A stretch of DNA of 58,978 nucleotides from Chara braunii (taxonomy: Eukaryota; Plantae; Charophyceae), in the NCBI GenBank assembly GCA_003427395.1, contig BFEA01000008.1, positions 5,124,291-5,183,268 on the forward strand, given 5' to 3'. Below are positions 58,271 through 58,978 of this stretch, in pieces. The position numbers and the translations under genes were made by a program. The stretch's first letter is position 1, and the number at the start of each line of letters is the position of its first letter. A model generated the notes under the pieces. It saw only the letters and a list, made by a program, of their open reading frames with translations. It searched no databases and was not told where the DNA came from.

Positions 58271-58978
58271 GAGCAGAGAAGACAAAAGACAATCTACGGT
58301 CTTGGATCGACCCTCTCACATCCGGGCTATGGCCATGCACGACGTAGGCTATGGCCATGCACGACGTAAGCCCATGTGCATGAGACGAAGCAGCTTTACC
58401 GAACGAAGCACGAGCTATGGGGAATCGAGAGGAAGACGAAGCAGCTTTACCGCAGCACGAGCTATGGCGACGATGCATGAGCTACGGTGAATAGCGGTTG
58501 CAGTACCATGCAGGCTAACACCTAATTAGGGAAAGGGAATGACACGTGTTTGCCTACGTTCGTCGAGAGAATTCAACGAATCTTCTTCCCCCCCCCCACG
58601 TGACCTTGCTCTTCCATCTCACCATTGGTCCTCGCTGCAGTACTCATCAAATGAGCAAAATGAAAATGAATCTTCCGCTACAACATGGACACACTGCCAT
58701 ATCTTATCTTTTGTCTTTTGTGCATGTCGAGAGTAGTGGCGCAAGACCCATCATTTCATTATCTTATTACCGCGAGTCGATAATCGAGCGCCACTTGTCA
58801 CCCTCGGTGCTGTCGTCTTAGCCTCTAGCTTCGCTCGTCCGTTGATTTTTTTGGGGGGGGCCGGGTCCCGTCCGGTTGCCCGTGGATTTCCCACCCACTC
58901 TCGGAGTTTACGACAGCCTGTCTAGACCACCTTGGTAGACTGGGGGGCTCGGGGGGGGGGAAAAAAAAAAAAAAAAAA

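Overview
Eukaryotic, repeat-rich nuclear DNA of green-plant type. Long introns, plant-type U6 and dense microsatellites suggest a streptophyte alga or non-seed plant; that assignment is inference. One intact protein-coding gene is present: an 11-exon minus-strand plastid SET-domain / Rubisco-LSMT-family gene (At5g14260/SAFE1-like, 588 aa, 56470->23713) that I spliced by hand with GT-AG junctions and consistent phases. The rest is decayed L1/Tx1-type LINE ORF2 fragments, several MITE/hAT/TTAA-type DNA elements with visible TIRs and TSDs, a solo LTR, minisatellites and a mitochondrial LSU rRNA fragment. Two things stand out. (1) A non-coding ~1.1-kb element family carries a canonical type III hammerhead ribozyme, occurs head-to-tail and is delimited by (CA)n tracts. 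It is retrozyme-like but has no LTRs. A diverged sister subfamily and a separate Penelope-type minimal type I hammerhead are also present. (2) Four independent near-full-length U6 snRNA copies occur, three of them in introns of the same gene and all antisense to it. Three splice junctions of the gene are also tandemly duplicated. Two Nextera mate-pair junction adapters are embedded in the assembly and explain the 3.96-kb and 157-bp duplications as artefacts.
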